Assembly: GCA_005239675.1 (NCBI GenBank)
Contig: SBBO01000020.1
Location: 13,627-77,626 of the forward strand
DNA from: Planctomycetales bacterium
GTDB taxonomy: Bacteria; Omnitrophota; Gorgyraeia; Zapsychrales; Zapsychraceae
Direction: 5' to 3'
Length of the DNA stretch: 64,000 nt
A program made the position numbers and the translations under genes. Positions within the stretch are counted from its first letter, which is position 1, and each line of letters begins with the position of its first letter. The notes below the pieces were generated by a model. The model was not told the origin of the DNA. It searched no databases and worked only from the letters and a program-made list of their open reading frames with translations. This document shows positions 48,096-57,682 of this stretch, piece after piece.

Positions 48096-49406
48096 ATGAT
48101 TGATCGTTACACGTTATCTAAGATGGGGAATATTTGGTCAGAGAAGCATAAGATGGAGATTATGCTCAAAATCGAAGTCCTTGCCTGCGAGGCCATGGCC
48201 CAACTGGGGATGATCCCTAAGAAATCCCTTGAGAAAATCAAGAAGAGCGCCCAATTCGATATCGAAGAGGTCAAAAAGCTGGAAGAAAAGACCAAGCATG
48301 ACATCGTTGCCTTTATCAATAACGTGGGAAAGTTCTTAGGGCCAGAGGCGCGCTATCTACATATGGGGTTGACCTCATCGGATATTTTGGATACCTCCCT
48401 TTCGGTACAGTGCGTTGAGGCAAGCGATATCCTGTTGGCCGACATCCAGAAATTTCTGGCCGTGCTCAAGGAAAAGGCAAAGAGATACAAGGATACTCCC
48501 TGCATTGCCCGTACCCACGGGGTCCATGCCGAGCCAACGACCTTTGGTCTCAAGATCGCTGTCTGGTTTGACGAGATGAAGCGTAACTGCGAGCGCATGG
48601 AACAGGCCCGCGAGATGATCCGCTATGGAAAATTGTCTGGGGCAGTGGGAACCTACGCTAATATTGATCCATCCGTTGAGAAATATGTTTGTGAAAAGCT
48701 GGGATTAAAACCAGTCAATATCGCAACCCAGATTATTCAGCGGGACCATCATTGCCAGTTTGTCACAACGATTGCCCTCATCGGCTCAACCCTTGATAAG
48801 ATCGCAACCGAGATCCGTTTACTGCAGAAGACAGAAGTTCTCGAAGTGGAAGAGCCATTTTTTAAGGGCCAGATCGGTTCCTCGGCCATGCCTCACAAGC
48901 GTAATCCTGTCACCTGCGAGAGGATTTCTGGATTATCGCGCCTGCTACGGGCCAATGCCCAGGTGGCCTTTGAGAATATCGCCCTCTGGCACGAGCGCGA
49001 CATTAGTCATTCTTCGGTGGAGCGCATTATCCTGCCCGATTGCACCATTACCCTTGATTATATGTTCAACAAGATGATTCCTTTGCTGGACGGACTCTTG
49101 GTTTATCCCAAAAACATGATTGCCAGTTTGAGTAAGACCAAAGGGCTTATTTATTCGCAGCGCGTCCTTTTAGAATTAATGAAAAAGGGACTGACCCGTG
49201 AGGCGGCTTATGACATCATTCAGCACTGCGCTATGCAGGTCTGGCAGGAGACATCAGATTTCAAGGACATCCTTTACCGGGACCGAAAGGTGCGCAAATA
49301 TTTAAGGCCCAATGAAATTGACGCCTGCTTTGATATCAGATATTACACGCGGTATACTGACCAGATTTATAAAAAGATGGGCCTATTGACTTCAACCTCC
49401 GCTTAA
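48096..49406 (+). CDS. purB: Adenylosuccinate lyase (start probably ATG 48096)
   Basis: MIDRY, HMGLTSSD, RTHGVHAEP, SSAMPHKRNP. Confidence 0.97.
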   Translation: MIDRYTLSKMGNIWSEKHKMEIMLKIEVLACEAMAQLGMIPKKSLEKIKKSAQFDIEEVKKLEEKTKHDIVAFINNVGKFLGPEARYLHMGLTSSDILDTSLSVQCVEASDILLADIQKFLAVLKEKAKRYKDTPCIARTHGVHAEPTTFGLKIAVWFDEMKRNCERMEQAREMIRYGKLSGAVGTYANIDPSVEKYVCEKLGLKPVNIATQIIQRDHHCQFVTTIALIGSTLDKIATEIRLLQKTEVLEVEEPFFKGQIGSSAMPHKRNPVTCERISGLSRLLRANAQVAFENIALWHERDISHSSVERIILPDCTITLDYMFNKMIPLLDGLLVYPKNMIASLSKTKGLIYSQRVLLELMKKGLTREAAYDIIQHCAMQVWQETSDFKDILYRDRKVRKYLRPNEIDACFDIRYYTRYTDQIYKKMGLLTSTSA

Positions 49407-49446
49407 CGGGGCTCAAGACAACAAGGACCAGACAAGGAGGAAGGGC

Positions 49447-50151
49447 ATGGACAAAGGAACCAAGATTTACGAAGGCAAGGCGAAGATTATGTATGCAACC
49501 GATCAGGCGGACTTGGTTATCCAGTATTTTAAGGACGATGCGACCGCCTTTAATGCAGCCAAGAAGGGAACCATTACACGTAAAGGTGTGATGAACAATA
49601 AGATTTCCAGCAAAATCTTCGAGTTCCTAGCCTTCCATGGCATTCCTACCCATTTTGAAAAGTATTTAAGTGAGCGCGAGATGCTCGTCAAGAAAGTCGC
49701 GATCGTTCCAGTGGAGGTGGTGGTGCGTAACCGTGCGGCAGGGTCGCTCTGCCGACTGATGGGGGTTAAAGAGGGCACAACCTTTGCTTCGCCGATCTTA
49801 GAATTTTGCTATAAGCGCGACGACCTGGGAGACCCTTTAATTAACGAATCTCACATCTTGGCCTTTCAGTTGGCAACTGCTGCAGAAATTGCCACTATCA
49901 AAGAATATACGCTCAAGATTAATGATCTTTTAAGTAAATTTTTCAAGAATCTGGCGCTTGAATTGATTGATTTTAAGTTGGAGTTTGGAAGGTATAAGGG
50001 TGCGATTATCCTGGCTGATGAAATCTCACCGGACACCTGCCGGCTCTGGGAGATAGGAACCGGCAAGAAGCTTGATAAGGATCGCTTCCGGCACAATCTA
50101 GGGGATATTGAAGAAGCTTACCAGGAAGTCTTGAACAGAGTTAGTAAGTAA
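49447..50151 (+). CDS. purC: SAICAR synthase
   Basis: YEGKAK, FKDDATAFN, DFKLEFG, ADEISPD. Confidence 0.97.
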   Translation: MDKGTKIYEGKAKIMYATDQADLVIQYFKDDATAFNAAKKGTITRKGVMNNKISSKIFEFLAFHGIPTHFEKYLSEREMLVKKVAIVPVEVVVRNRAAGSLCRLMGVKEGTTFASPILEFCYKRDDLGDPLINESHILAFQLATAAEIATIKEYTLKINDLLSKFFKNLALELIDFKLEFGRYKGAIILADEISPDTCRLWEIGTGKKLDKDRFRHNLGDIEEAYQEVLNRVSK

Positions 50152-50157
50152 GCGACG

Positions 50158-53124
50158 ATGATTTGGCGCGTTGAGATAAGAAATAAGGCCGGTATTTTTG
50201 ATGCTCAGGGTCACGGTATCCAGAAAGACACTGTCGATCTAGGAATTCAATCGGTCCATCAGGTCGATGTCGTTGAGATCTACAATCTTGAAGGTGATCG
50301 TTTTTTCTCTGAGGAAGACCTCGTGAGGATTTGTCGTGAATTGTTCGTGGATAGTATTGCTCAAGATTATGCCTATTTCAAGCTTGACGGTCTATCGCGT
50401 AGCGACAATCCCGTTTGTCATCCAATCGAAATTGCCTACAATGCCGGCGTGATGGATCCGGCAGAAGAATCCATCCTCAAGGGGATTCGCGATTTAGGGA
50501 TTCAGAGTGTCCAGGCAGTTCGCCGCGCCCGCCTTTATCTTTTTTATGGCCCCATCCTCCCCAAAGACTTGGATATCATTACCAATAAGATTCTCTCCAA
50601 TAAGCTGATTCAGCATGTGGTTCCTGATCCTTGGAGATATAAGACGCTTGTGGGGACACCTGATACGCAAATTCAGCAAACATTTAAGGCGCTGGACATT
50701 GACTTGGCGCATGCCAGCGACCAGCAGCTCAAGGCGATCAGCCGCCATGGGCAACTATTTTTGAATCTAAATGAGATGAAGGCCATTCAAAAATATTTTT
50801 GTAGGCTCGGGCGCAATCCGACCGACTGTGAGCTGGAGACAATTGCCCAGACATGGAGTGAGCATTGTTATCATAAAACTTTTCGCGGCGACATCCGTTA
50901 TCGCTATCAAGAAAACGGCAAGACAAAGACGAAACGCATACAGAATCTCCTTAAGTCCACGATCATGAAGGCCACACACGAAGTGAACAAACCCTGGTGC
51001 GTCTCAGTCTTTCATGATAATGCCGGTGTCATTCGTTTTTCGAAAAATATGCATGTGTGTTTCAAGGTGGAGACCCATAACCACCCCTCGGCCCTGGAGC
51101 CATTTGGTGGCGCCAACACGGGAGTAGGCGGTGTGATTCGCGACATCTTGGGCACCGGATTAGGTGCCAAACCGATTTGCAACACGGATATCTTTTGTTT
51201 TGCGCCACACCCCATGTCTTCGGCGAGTCTGCCGCCTGGTACGTTGCATCCCCAGCGCATTATGAAAGGGGTTGTGAGCGGGGTGCGTGATTATGGTAAC
51301 AAGATGGGCATCCCAACGGTCAATGGGGCGATTGTGTTTGATGAGCGGTTCGTGGGCAATCCTTTAGTTTTTTGTGGCAGCGTGGGACTTCTTCCAAAGG
51401 ATAAAGTCAGGAAAAAGGTACGCAAAGGTGATTGGATTGTGCTGGTGGGCGGCAGGACAGGTCGCGACGGCATTCATGGGGCGACTTTTTCTTCGGGGGA
51501 GTTGACGCAGGAATCCGAGATCGTGTCCTGTGGCGCGGTCCAGATTGGTGATCCTATTCAGGAAAAGAAAATGCTTGATTGTCTGATTGCGGCGCGGGAC
51601 AAAAATTTGTATACGGCCATCACCGATTGCGGGGCTGGCGGGCTTTCCAGCGCCGTAGGAGAGATGGCCGCTAGAACTTCTCCAGAAGGCAAGGACTTGG
51701 GGGTTCATGTTGATTTAGACAATGTGCCGCTCAAGTACCAGGGGTTGAGGTACGATGAGATCTGGATCTCAGAATCGCAGGAGCGGATGGTCTTGGCAGC
51801 GCCGCCGAACAAGATTAAGGCGCTGTTGGAAATTTTTACCGGGGAGAACGTCGAAGCGACCGCGATTGGTACATTTACCGCGAGCGGACGTTTGGAATTA
51901 TTTTTCCAAGGGCATCAGGTTTGCAATCTGGATATGGGCTTTCTTCATCGCGGTATTCCCAGGATTACTAAAGAGGCATTCTGGCAGCCGCCGAAAACAA
52001 CAACACCGTCATTATTCTCTAAGACAACGGATCTTAATGCCAAACTTAAAGAGATCTTGGGCCATTACAACGTTTGTTCTAAGGAACGGGTCATCCGCCA
52101 ATACGATCACGAGGTCCAGGGGGCGAGCGTGATTAAACCCTTGGTCGGGATGCATGCAGACGGGCCATCGGATGCCAGTGTCCTGGCACCCGAGTTAGGC
52201 TCGGTCAAGGGCATGGCGATCGCCAACGGCATCAATGTCCGTTACGGCATGATCGATCCTTTCTGGATGGCGGCGTCTTGTATTGATGAAGCGATCCGCC
52301 AGATTATTGCCGTGGGGGGTGATCGGCGTTTTATTGCCCTTTTGGATAATTTTTGCTGGGGCAATCCCGACAAGCCAGATCGACTGGGGAGTCTTGTGCG
52401 TGCGGCCCAGGGTTGTTATAAGACGGCCGTTGGCTACGGAGTTCCATTTATTTCCGGCAAGGACAGTTTGTACAACGAATATACCCATGACGGTGAGTCC
52501 ATTGCCATCCCGGGGACATTGCTTATCTCAGCTATTGGTATTATAGCGGATGTGACCAAGGCGGTTACTATGGATTTAAAAGAGCCAGGCAATTTGATTT
52601 ATATGATTGGTAATACATATAATGAACTTGGTGGGTCCATTTATTTGGATACTTATGGCACGCTGGGTCACCATGTCCCTCATGTTGATGTGCGTCAGGG
52701 CAGTCAGATTTTTGATGCCGTTACTAAGGCTGTTCAAAAGGGGCTAGTGCGCTCTTTGCATGACTGTTCAGAAGGAGGTCTCGGCGTTGCCATAGCCGAG
52801 ATGGCGTTTAGCGGGGGTTGGGGGGTGACCCTACGGTTGGATCAAGTTCCCTACAAGGGTAAAGACAGGTGTAATGATATTATATTTTTCGCGGAATCAA
52901 ATTCACGTTTTTTAGTAGAGGTTGAGCCAAGAAATCAAAAGAGATTTGAACGGGTCCTGTGCGCCAGCCACGCCATTGGCAGGGCCGGCGCAGTGCCGTA
53001 CGCAGTTATTGGAACAGTCGAGCAGCAGCCGTCTTTGGTTGTGTATGGTGACCGGGGTGAGCGCTGTGGGGATTCACCTATCGAAGATTTGAAACAGGCC
53101 TGGCAGCGGCCGCTTGCGTGGTAA
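50158..53124 (+). CDS. purL: FGAM synthase PurL with N-terminal PurS-like domains
   Basis: WSEHC.H, ETHNHPS, DCGAGG, SESQERM, SGKDSL; ~170-aa N-terminal extension. Confidence 0.95.
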   Translation: MIWRVEIRNKAGIFDAQGHGIQKDTVDLGIQSVHQVDVVEIYNLEGDRFFSEEDLVRICRELFVDSIAQDYAYFKLDGLSRSDNPVCHPIEIAYNAGVMDPAEESILKGIRDLGIQSVQAVRRARLYLFYGPILPKDLDIITNKILSNKLIQHVVPDPWRYKTLVGTPDTQIQQTFKALDIDLAHASDQQLKAISRHGQLFLNLNEMKAIQKYFCRLGRNPTDCELETIAQTWSEHCYHKTFRGDIRYRYQENGKTKTKRIQNLLKSTIMKATHEVNKPWCVSVFHDNAGVIRFSKNMHVCFKVETHNHPSALEPFGGANTGVGGVIRDILGTGLGAKPICNTDIFCFAPHPMSSASLPPGTLHPQRIMKGVVSGVRDYGNKMGIPTVNGAIVFDERFVGNPLVFCGSVGLLPKDKVRKKVRKGDWIVLVGGRTGRDGIHGATFSSGELTQESEIVSCGAVQIGDPIQEKKMLDCLIAARDKNLYTAITDCGAGGLSSAVGEMAARTSPEGKDLGVHVDLDNVPLKYQGLRYDEIWISESQERMVLAAPPNKIKALLEIFTGENVEATAIGTFTASGRLELFFQGHQVCNLDMGFLHRGIPRITKEAFWQPPKTTTPSLFSKTTDLNAKLKEILGHYNVCSKERVIRQYDHEVQGASVIKPLVGMHADGPSDASVLAPELGSVKGMAIANGINVRYGMIDPFWMAASCIDEAIRQIIAVGGDRRFIALLDNFCWGNPDKPDRLGSLVRAAQGCYKTAVGYGVPFISGKDSLYNEYTHDGESIAIPGTLLISAIGIIADVTKAVTMDLKEPGNLIYMIGNTYNELGGSIYLDTYGTLGHHVPHVDVRQGSQIFDAVTKAVQKGLVRSLHDCSEGGLGVAIAEMAFSGGWGVTLRLDQVPYKGKDRCNDIIFFAESNSRFLVEVEPRNQKRFERVLCASHAIGRAGAVPYAVIGTVEQQPSLVVYGDRGERCGDSPIEDLKQAWQRPLAW

Positions 53125-53178
53125 TTATTTGGCTGTGTCATGCCTTAACGGCCTCTCACAGCGCTCGAGGAGAAAACA

Positions 53179-53220
53179 ATGATCTCCACCGTGACTAGTA
53201 CCGCTGCAACTAACTTTTAG
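53179..53220 (+). other. Candidate 13-aa leader peptide MISTVTSTAATNF
   Basis: GAGGAG SD; stop codon lies in the loop of a perfect 11-bp hairpin at 53205-53236. Confidence 0.35.
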
Positions 53221-53312
53221 CGAGCAGTTAGTTGCAAACAGGGCCATAAGCGCTCCCTTATTCCAGCAAACATAATATAGTTGTAGGGGCATAGCAGTGA
53301 AAAGGGGTATCT

Positions 53313-53978
53313 ATGATTAAAAAAAACGTGGAAGTCGCGGAAGATTTTAAATTGGAAGACCCCTGGCGGGTCTTTCGGATTATGTCGGAATTCGTCGATG
53401 GATTTCATGAGCTCGCTGACATTGGCCCGGCGGTCAGTATCTTTGGGTCGTCACGCACCAAACGCACTAAGCGATGGTATAAACTCGCTGAACGCACCGC
53501 TGAGCTTTTGGTCAAGGAAGGCTACGCGGTTATTACCGGCGCCGGCCCCGGGATCATGGAGGCAAGCAACAAAGGGGCAATCAAGGCCAAGGGCAAGTCC
53601 ATTGGGCTCAATATTGATTTGCCTTTCGAGCAAAAACCTAACCGGTATATCAATCATCTCATTAAGTTTCATTACTTTTTTGCCAGGAAAGTGATGTTTG
53701 TCAAATACGCCAAGGCCTTTGTCATTTTTCCGGGTGGATATGGGACGCTAGATGAATTTACCGAGAGCATTACGCTAATCCAGACGCGGCGGATGGAACG
53801 ATTTCCTGTTATCCTTTTTGATAGTCACCATTGGAAAGGACTTATCCAATGGTTTAAAGATTCAGTCCTGAAGGCCGATAATATCGACCCCGAAGATTTG
53901 GAAATTTTTCAAATGGTGGACACCCCTCAAGAGGTCATCAAGGCCATCCGGGAGTTCTACAGTAATAGACGTCGGTAA
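53313..53978 (+). CDS. LOG-family (TIGR00730) nucleotide phosphoribohydrolase
   Basis: ITGAGPGIME, FFARKVMF, PGGYGTLDE. Confidence 0.92.
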   Translation: MIKKNVEVAEDFKLEDPWRVFRIMSEFVDGFHELADIGPAVSIFGSSRTKRTKRWYKLAERTAELLVKEGYAVITGAGPGIMEASNKGAIKAKGKSIGLNIDLPFEQKPNRYINHLIKFHYFFARKVMFVKYAKAFVIFPGGYGTLDEFTESITLIQTRRMERFPVILFDSHHWKGLIQWFKDSVLKADNIDPEDLEIFQMVDTPQEVIKAIREFYSNRRR

Positions 53979-54005
53979 GGTTGTCTCATACGGCAAGGGA
54001 GGAAT

Positions 54006-54818
54006 ATGTCGGTTCAAAAGGTCGCGGTTATCGTCTTAAGGACGGCAGGTACCAATTGCGATGGGGAGACTGCGTTTGCCTTTGAACGTTGCGGTGCCCG
54101 CGTGCGCCTGGCCCACATCCATCAGTTGTTTCTAGGGAAGGTGTGTTTGGATGATTTTCATATCTTGGTTATCCCTGGCGGTTTTACCTATGGGGACGAC
54201 ATCGCATCAGGCAAGATCCTTGCCAATGAATTGCGCCTGCGGCTGGGGAGTGACCTGCGCCAGTTTCTTGGTGGCGGCAAACTGATGATCGGCATATGCA
54301 ATGGTTTTCAGGTCTTCGTCAAGGCGGGGATTTTACCAGGACCGTTGGATGAAGGAGAACAAAAAAAACGCACGACTGGTCAACAGGCAACACTCACTAA
54401 CAATGATTCTGGAAAGTTTGAAGACCGCTGGTGTTATCTGAAATCCGAGGGCAATAGCATTTGGACCCAAGGCCTTGAACCCATCGTCTATCTTCCCGTT
54501 GCCCATGGGGAAGGGAAATTTGTGCCGCGTGATGACCATGTCTTGAATCAGTTAAGGCGCAATGGCCAGATTGCGCTGCGATATTGCACCAAAGAGGGCG
54601 GGAAACCTGCTTATCCACAGAACCCCAATGGTTCGGTTGATGACATCGCTGGTATAACTGATCAGACCGGTCGTATCTTTGGGTTAATGCCGCATCCGGA
54701 ACGCCATTTTCTTTTTATCCAGCATCCATTCTGGACACGGCTTAAAGCTAAGGGCCATTACGGCCAAGGGGCAAGAATTTTTCAGAATGGCGTTGATTAC
54801 GTCAGAAAGAATTTATGA
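54006..54818 (+). CDS. purQ: FGAM synthase glutaminase subunit
   Basis: GTNCD, PGGFTYGD, GICNGFQ, MPHPER. Confidence 0.96.
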   Translation: MSVQKVAVIVLRTAGTNCDGETAFAFERCGARVRLAHIHQLFLGKVCLDDFHILVIPGGFTYGDDIASGKILANELRLRLGSDLRQFLGGGKLMIGICNGFQVFVKAGILPGPLDEGEQKKRTTGQQATLTNNDSGKFEDRWCYLKSEGNSIWTQGLEPIVYLPVAHGEGKFVPRDDHVLNQLRRNGQIALRYCTKEGGKPAYPQNPNGSVDDIAGITDQTGRIFGLMPHPERHFLFIQHPFWTRLKAKGHYGQGARIFQNGVDYVRKNL

Positions 54819-55828
54819 TGAGTGGTTTAACGTACAAAATGAGTGGCGTCAATATTAGCCAGGCCAATTGGTTTGTCCGTTCGATTCAGAAAGATATTGC
54901 CGGGACATTGAGCTCATCCGTCATTCGCTATCCAGGCGCCTTTGGTTCGTTATTCGCTTTTGACCGTAAGAAATACAAAAATCCCGTTTTGGTTTCTTCA
55001 ACCGATGGGGTGGGGACAAAATTGTTGGTGGCAAAAACGATGGGGTGTCATGACACGCTCGGGGTTGATTTGGTCGCCATGAATGTCAATGATATACTTT
55101 GTGTAGGGGCAAGGCCATTATTTTTTCTGGATTACATTGCTTGTGGCCGGTTGAACACCAAGGTATTGCAGGCCCTGGTGCGCGGGATGGCGCGCGGCTG
55201 CCGGCTGGCCGGATGTGCCTTGGTCGGCGGGGAGACCGCTGAGATGCCCGGGGTGTATGGCCCACAGGATTATGATCTGGCTGGGTTTGCCGTAGGCGTA
55301 GTTGACAAAGACCGAATTATCAATGGCAGCCGTATTCAGGCAGGCGACCAGGTCATTGGCTTACCGTCGAATGGCTTGCATGCCAACGGATTTTCCTTGG
55401 TGCGTAAAGCCTTGTCGTTACGCGAACAGAAGGGCCTGGCGCAAGAATTGTTAAAACCCACACGAATTTATGTCCGCGAGGTCTTGGCGATGATCGAGCG
55501 TTTTCCGATTAAAGGCATTGCCCATTTGACCGGCGGGGCATTCTACGAAAAGTTAACCAAGATTCTTCCTGTCGGAAAATGTTTTGTTATCGATCAAGGA
55601 TGGCCAGTACCAAAAATATTTCACATTATCCAAAAAAAAGGTAAAATAAAAAATTCGGAGATGTTCCGTACCTTTAATATGGGGATAGGGTTGGCGCTAG
55701 TCGTTGGGGTCAAAGAGACCCCCGCCCTGCGGTCATTTTTGGAGCGCCGCTCGATTGCCCATCATATAATCGGGAACGTAATGAACGATTCAAGACACCG
55801 TATTATATTCAACCATTTTTCTCTATGA
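54815..55828 (+). CDS. purM: AIR synthase
   Basis: TDGVGTK, FFLDY, GGETAEMPG, TFNMG. Confidence 0.96.
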   Translation: MMSGLTYKMSGVNISQANWFVRSIQKDIAGTLSSSVIRYPGAFGSLFAFDRKKYKNPVLVSSTDGVGTKLLVAKTMGCHDTLGVDLVAMNVNDILCVGARPLFFLDYIACGRLNTKVLQALVRGMARGCRLAGCALVGGETAEMPGVYGPQDYDLAGFAVGVVDKDRIINGSRIQAGDQVIGLPSNGLHANGFSLVRKALSLREQKGLAQELLKPTRIYVREVLAMIERFPIKGIAHLTGGAFYEKLTKILPVGKCFVIDQGWPVPKIFHIIQKKGKIKNSEMFRTFNMGIGLALVVGVKETPALRSFLERRSIAHHIIGNVMNDSRHRIIFNHFSL

Positions 55829-57126
55829 AGATTCTCATTATCGGTTCTGGTGGTCGGGAACATGCCCTGGCCTGGAAGATTAAAAAGAGTCCAGCTGTCA
55901 AGGAGCTTTATTGTGCCCCTGGCAACGGCGGGATCGCCTCGATCGCGCATTGTGTCGCTATTGACCCCAATGACATCGAAGGGCTTGCCGCCTTTGCTCA
56001 GGAAGAAAAGATCGGCCTTACAGTCGTTGGGCCCGAGGTACCTCTCGTTGCCGGTATCGTGGATGCTTTCGAAGAGAAAGGCCTTACGATATTCGGCCCG
56101 AATCGAAACGCCGCGCGTCTCGAGGGTAGCAAGGTCTTCGCCAAGGAGTTTATGCAGAAGTTCGGTATCCCAACAGCGCCTTTTAAAGTTTTTGAGGATA
56201 TCAATGAGGCGATGGAGTTTCTTGCGGTGGCGCCCGTGCCTTTGGTTATCAAGGCCGATGGCCTCGCCTCCGGCAAAGGGGTGATCGTCTGCGAAAAGAT
56301 CCAGGAGGCCCGCGATGCGGTCCAACAAATCATGGGCCAGAAGATATTCAAGGAGGCTGGTTCCCGGATAGTCATTGAGGAATACCTCTTTGGGGAAGAG
56401 GCTTCAATCCTGGCTATCAGTGACGGTAGAAATTACATGATTCTCGATTCCTCCCAGGACCATAAACGCATCTTCGATGATGACCTCGGACCCAATACAG
56501 GGGGCATGGGTGCGTATTCGCCAGCGCCGGTCATTACTGAAGAGATGTTAAGGAAGATAGGCATGCAGATCATGGAACCCACGATCCGCGGGATGCATAA
56601 ACAAGGCGCACCGTTTAAGGGGGTTTTATATGCGGGGCTGATGATAACCGATGACGGCCCCATGGTTTTGGAGTTCAATGTGCGTTTCGGGGACCCTGAG
56701 GCGCAGGCGGTCCTGCCGCGCATGAAAAATGATTTGGTGGATGTCTTGCAGGCCAGCTGCAGCGGCCGTTTAGATAAGATCAAGATGGAATGGGACAAAC
56801 GTAGCTGTGTATGTGTCGTGATGAGCTCCGGTGGATACCCCGGGGATTACACCATTGGAAAAGAGATCAAAGGGCTTGATACCGTTAAAGAGAGCCAGAT
56901 CATCGTTTTTCACGCCGGCACCAAAAAGGAAGGTAGTACGATAGTAACAGCAGGCGGGCGCGTCTTGGGCGTGACCAGTTTAGGCAATGACATCGAGCAG
57001 GCGATTGCCCGCGTTTACAAAGCGGTTGAGAAAATTAAGTTTGATCGGTGCTTTTTCCGACGGGACATTGGTGCAAAGGCCTTGAAGCATCTCCATCCAT
57101 CGCCGCAGACGACGATGCGAAGATAA
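55825..57126 (+). CDS. purD: Phosphoribosylamine-glycine ligase
   Basis: GSGGREHA, GPNTGGMGAY, EFNVRFGDPE. Confidence 0.97.
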   Translation: MKILIIGSGGREHALAWKIKKSPAVKELYCAPGNGGIASIAHCVAIDPNDIEGLAAFAQEEKIGLTVVGPEVPLVAGIVDAFEEKGLTIFGPNRNAARLEGSKVFAKEFMQKFGIPTAPFKVFEDINEAMEFLAVAPVPLVIKADGLASGKGVIVCEKIQEARDAVQQIMGQKIFKEAGSRIVIEEYLFGEEASILAISDGRNYMILDSSQDHKRIFDDDLGPNTGGMGAYSPAPVITEEMLRKIGMQIMEPTIRGMHKQGAPFKGVLYAGLMITDDGPMVLEFNVRFGDPEAQAVLPRMKNDLVDVLQASCSGRLDKIKMEWDKRSCVCVVMSSGGYPGDYTIGKEIKGLDTVKESQIIVFHAGTKKEGSTIVTAGGRVLGVTSLGNDIEQAIARVYKAVEKIKFDRCFFRRDIGAKALKHLHPSPQTTMRR

Positions 57127-57144
57127 AAGAAAGGTCAAGATACG

Positions 57145-57678
57145 ATGAAAAGAATTCAAGTTGCGATCATGATGGGAAGTCAGTCCGATTTTCTCGTAAT
57201 GGAAGAAGCGGGCTGTATTTTAGAAGAATTTAAGGTGGATTATGAGATGAGGGTCCTTTCTGCCCATCGCACCCCTAAAGAAACCGCCGCGTACGCTGAA
57301 GGCTTGAAGGCGCGGGGCGTTCAGGCGGTCATCTGTGGGGCTGGTGCCTCCGCAGCGCTGGCTGGATTTGTGGCTGCCCATATTGATATCCCTGTTATCG
57401 GCGTGCCTATTGACTCTACACCGCTTAACGGCATAGACGCGCTTCTTTCCACCGTACAGATGCCACCAGGGGTTCCCGTCGCTGCTATGGCGGTGGGAAA
57501 ATTCGGCGCTAAGAATGCCGCGCTCTTTGCCTTGCGCATCATAGCCCTGACCGATGACAAGATTGCGGGAAAGCTAACTCACATGAAGGAGGAGCAAAGG
57601 CAGAAAATCCTAGATATCACGTTGCCTAGAAGCAAGAAGATTCCCTTAAAAGTCCAATCAGCGAACGCGAAGAAATAA
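57145..57678 (+). CDS. purE: N5-CAIR mutase
   Basis: MGSQSD, SAHRTP, VQMPPGVPVA. Confidence 0.95.
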   Translation: MKRIQVAIMMGSQSDFLVMEEAGCILEEFKVDYEMRVLSAHRTPKETAAYAEGLKARGVQAVICGAGASAALAGFVAAHIDIPVIGVPIDSTPLNGIDALLSTVQMPPGVPVAAMAVGKFGAKNAALFALRIIALTDDKIAGKLTHMKEEQRQKILDITLPRSKKIPLKVQSANAKK

Positions 57679-57682
57679 CGCA

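Noticed and set aside
53132-53260. tmRNA tag region
   Set aside because: No tRNA-like ends or ANDN..AA-type tag, and the spacer is too short.
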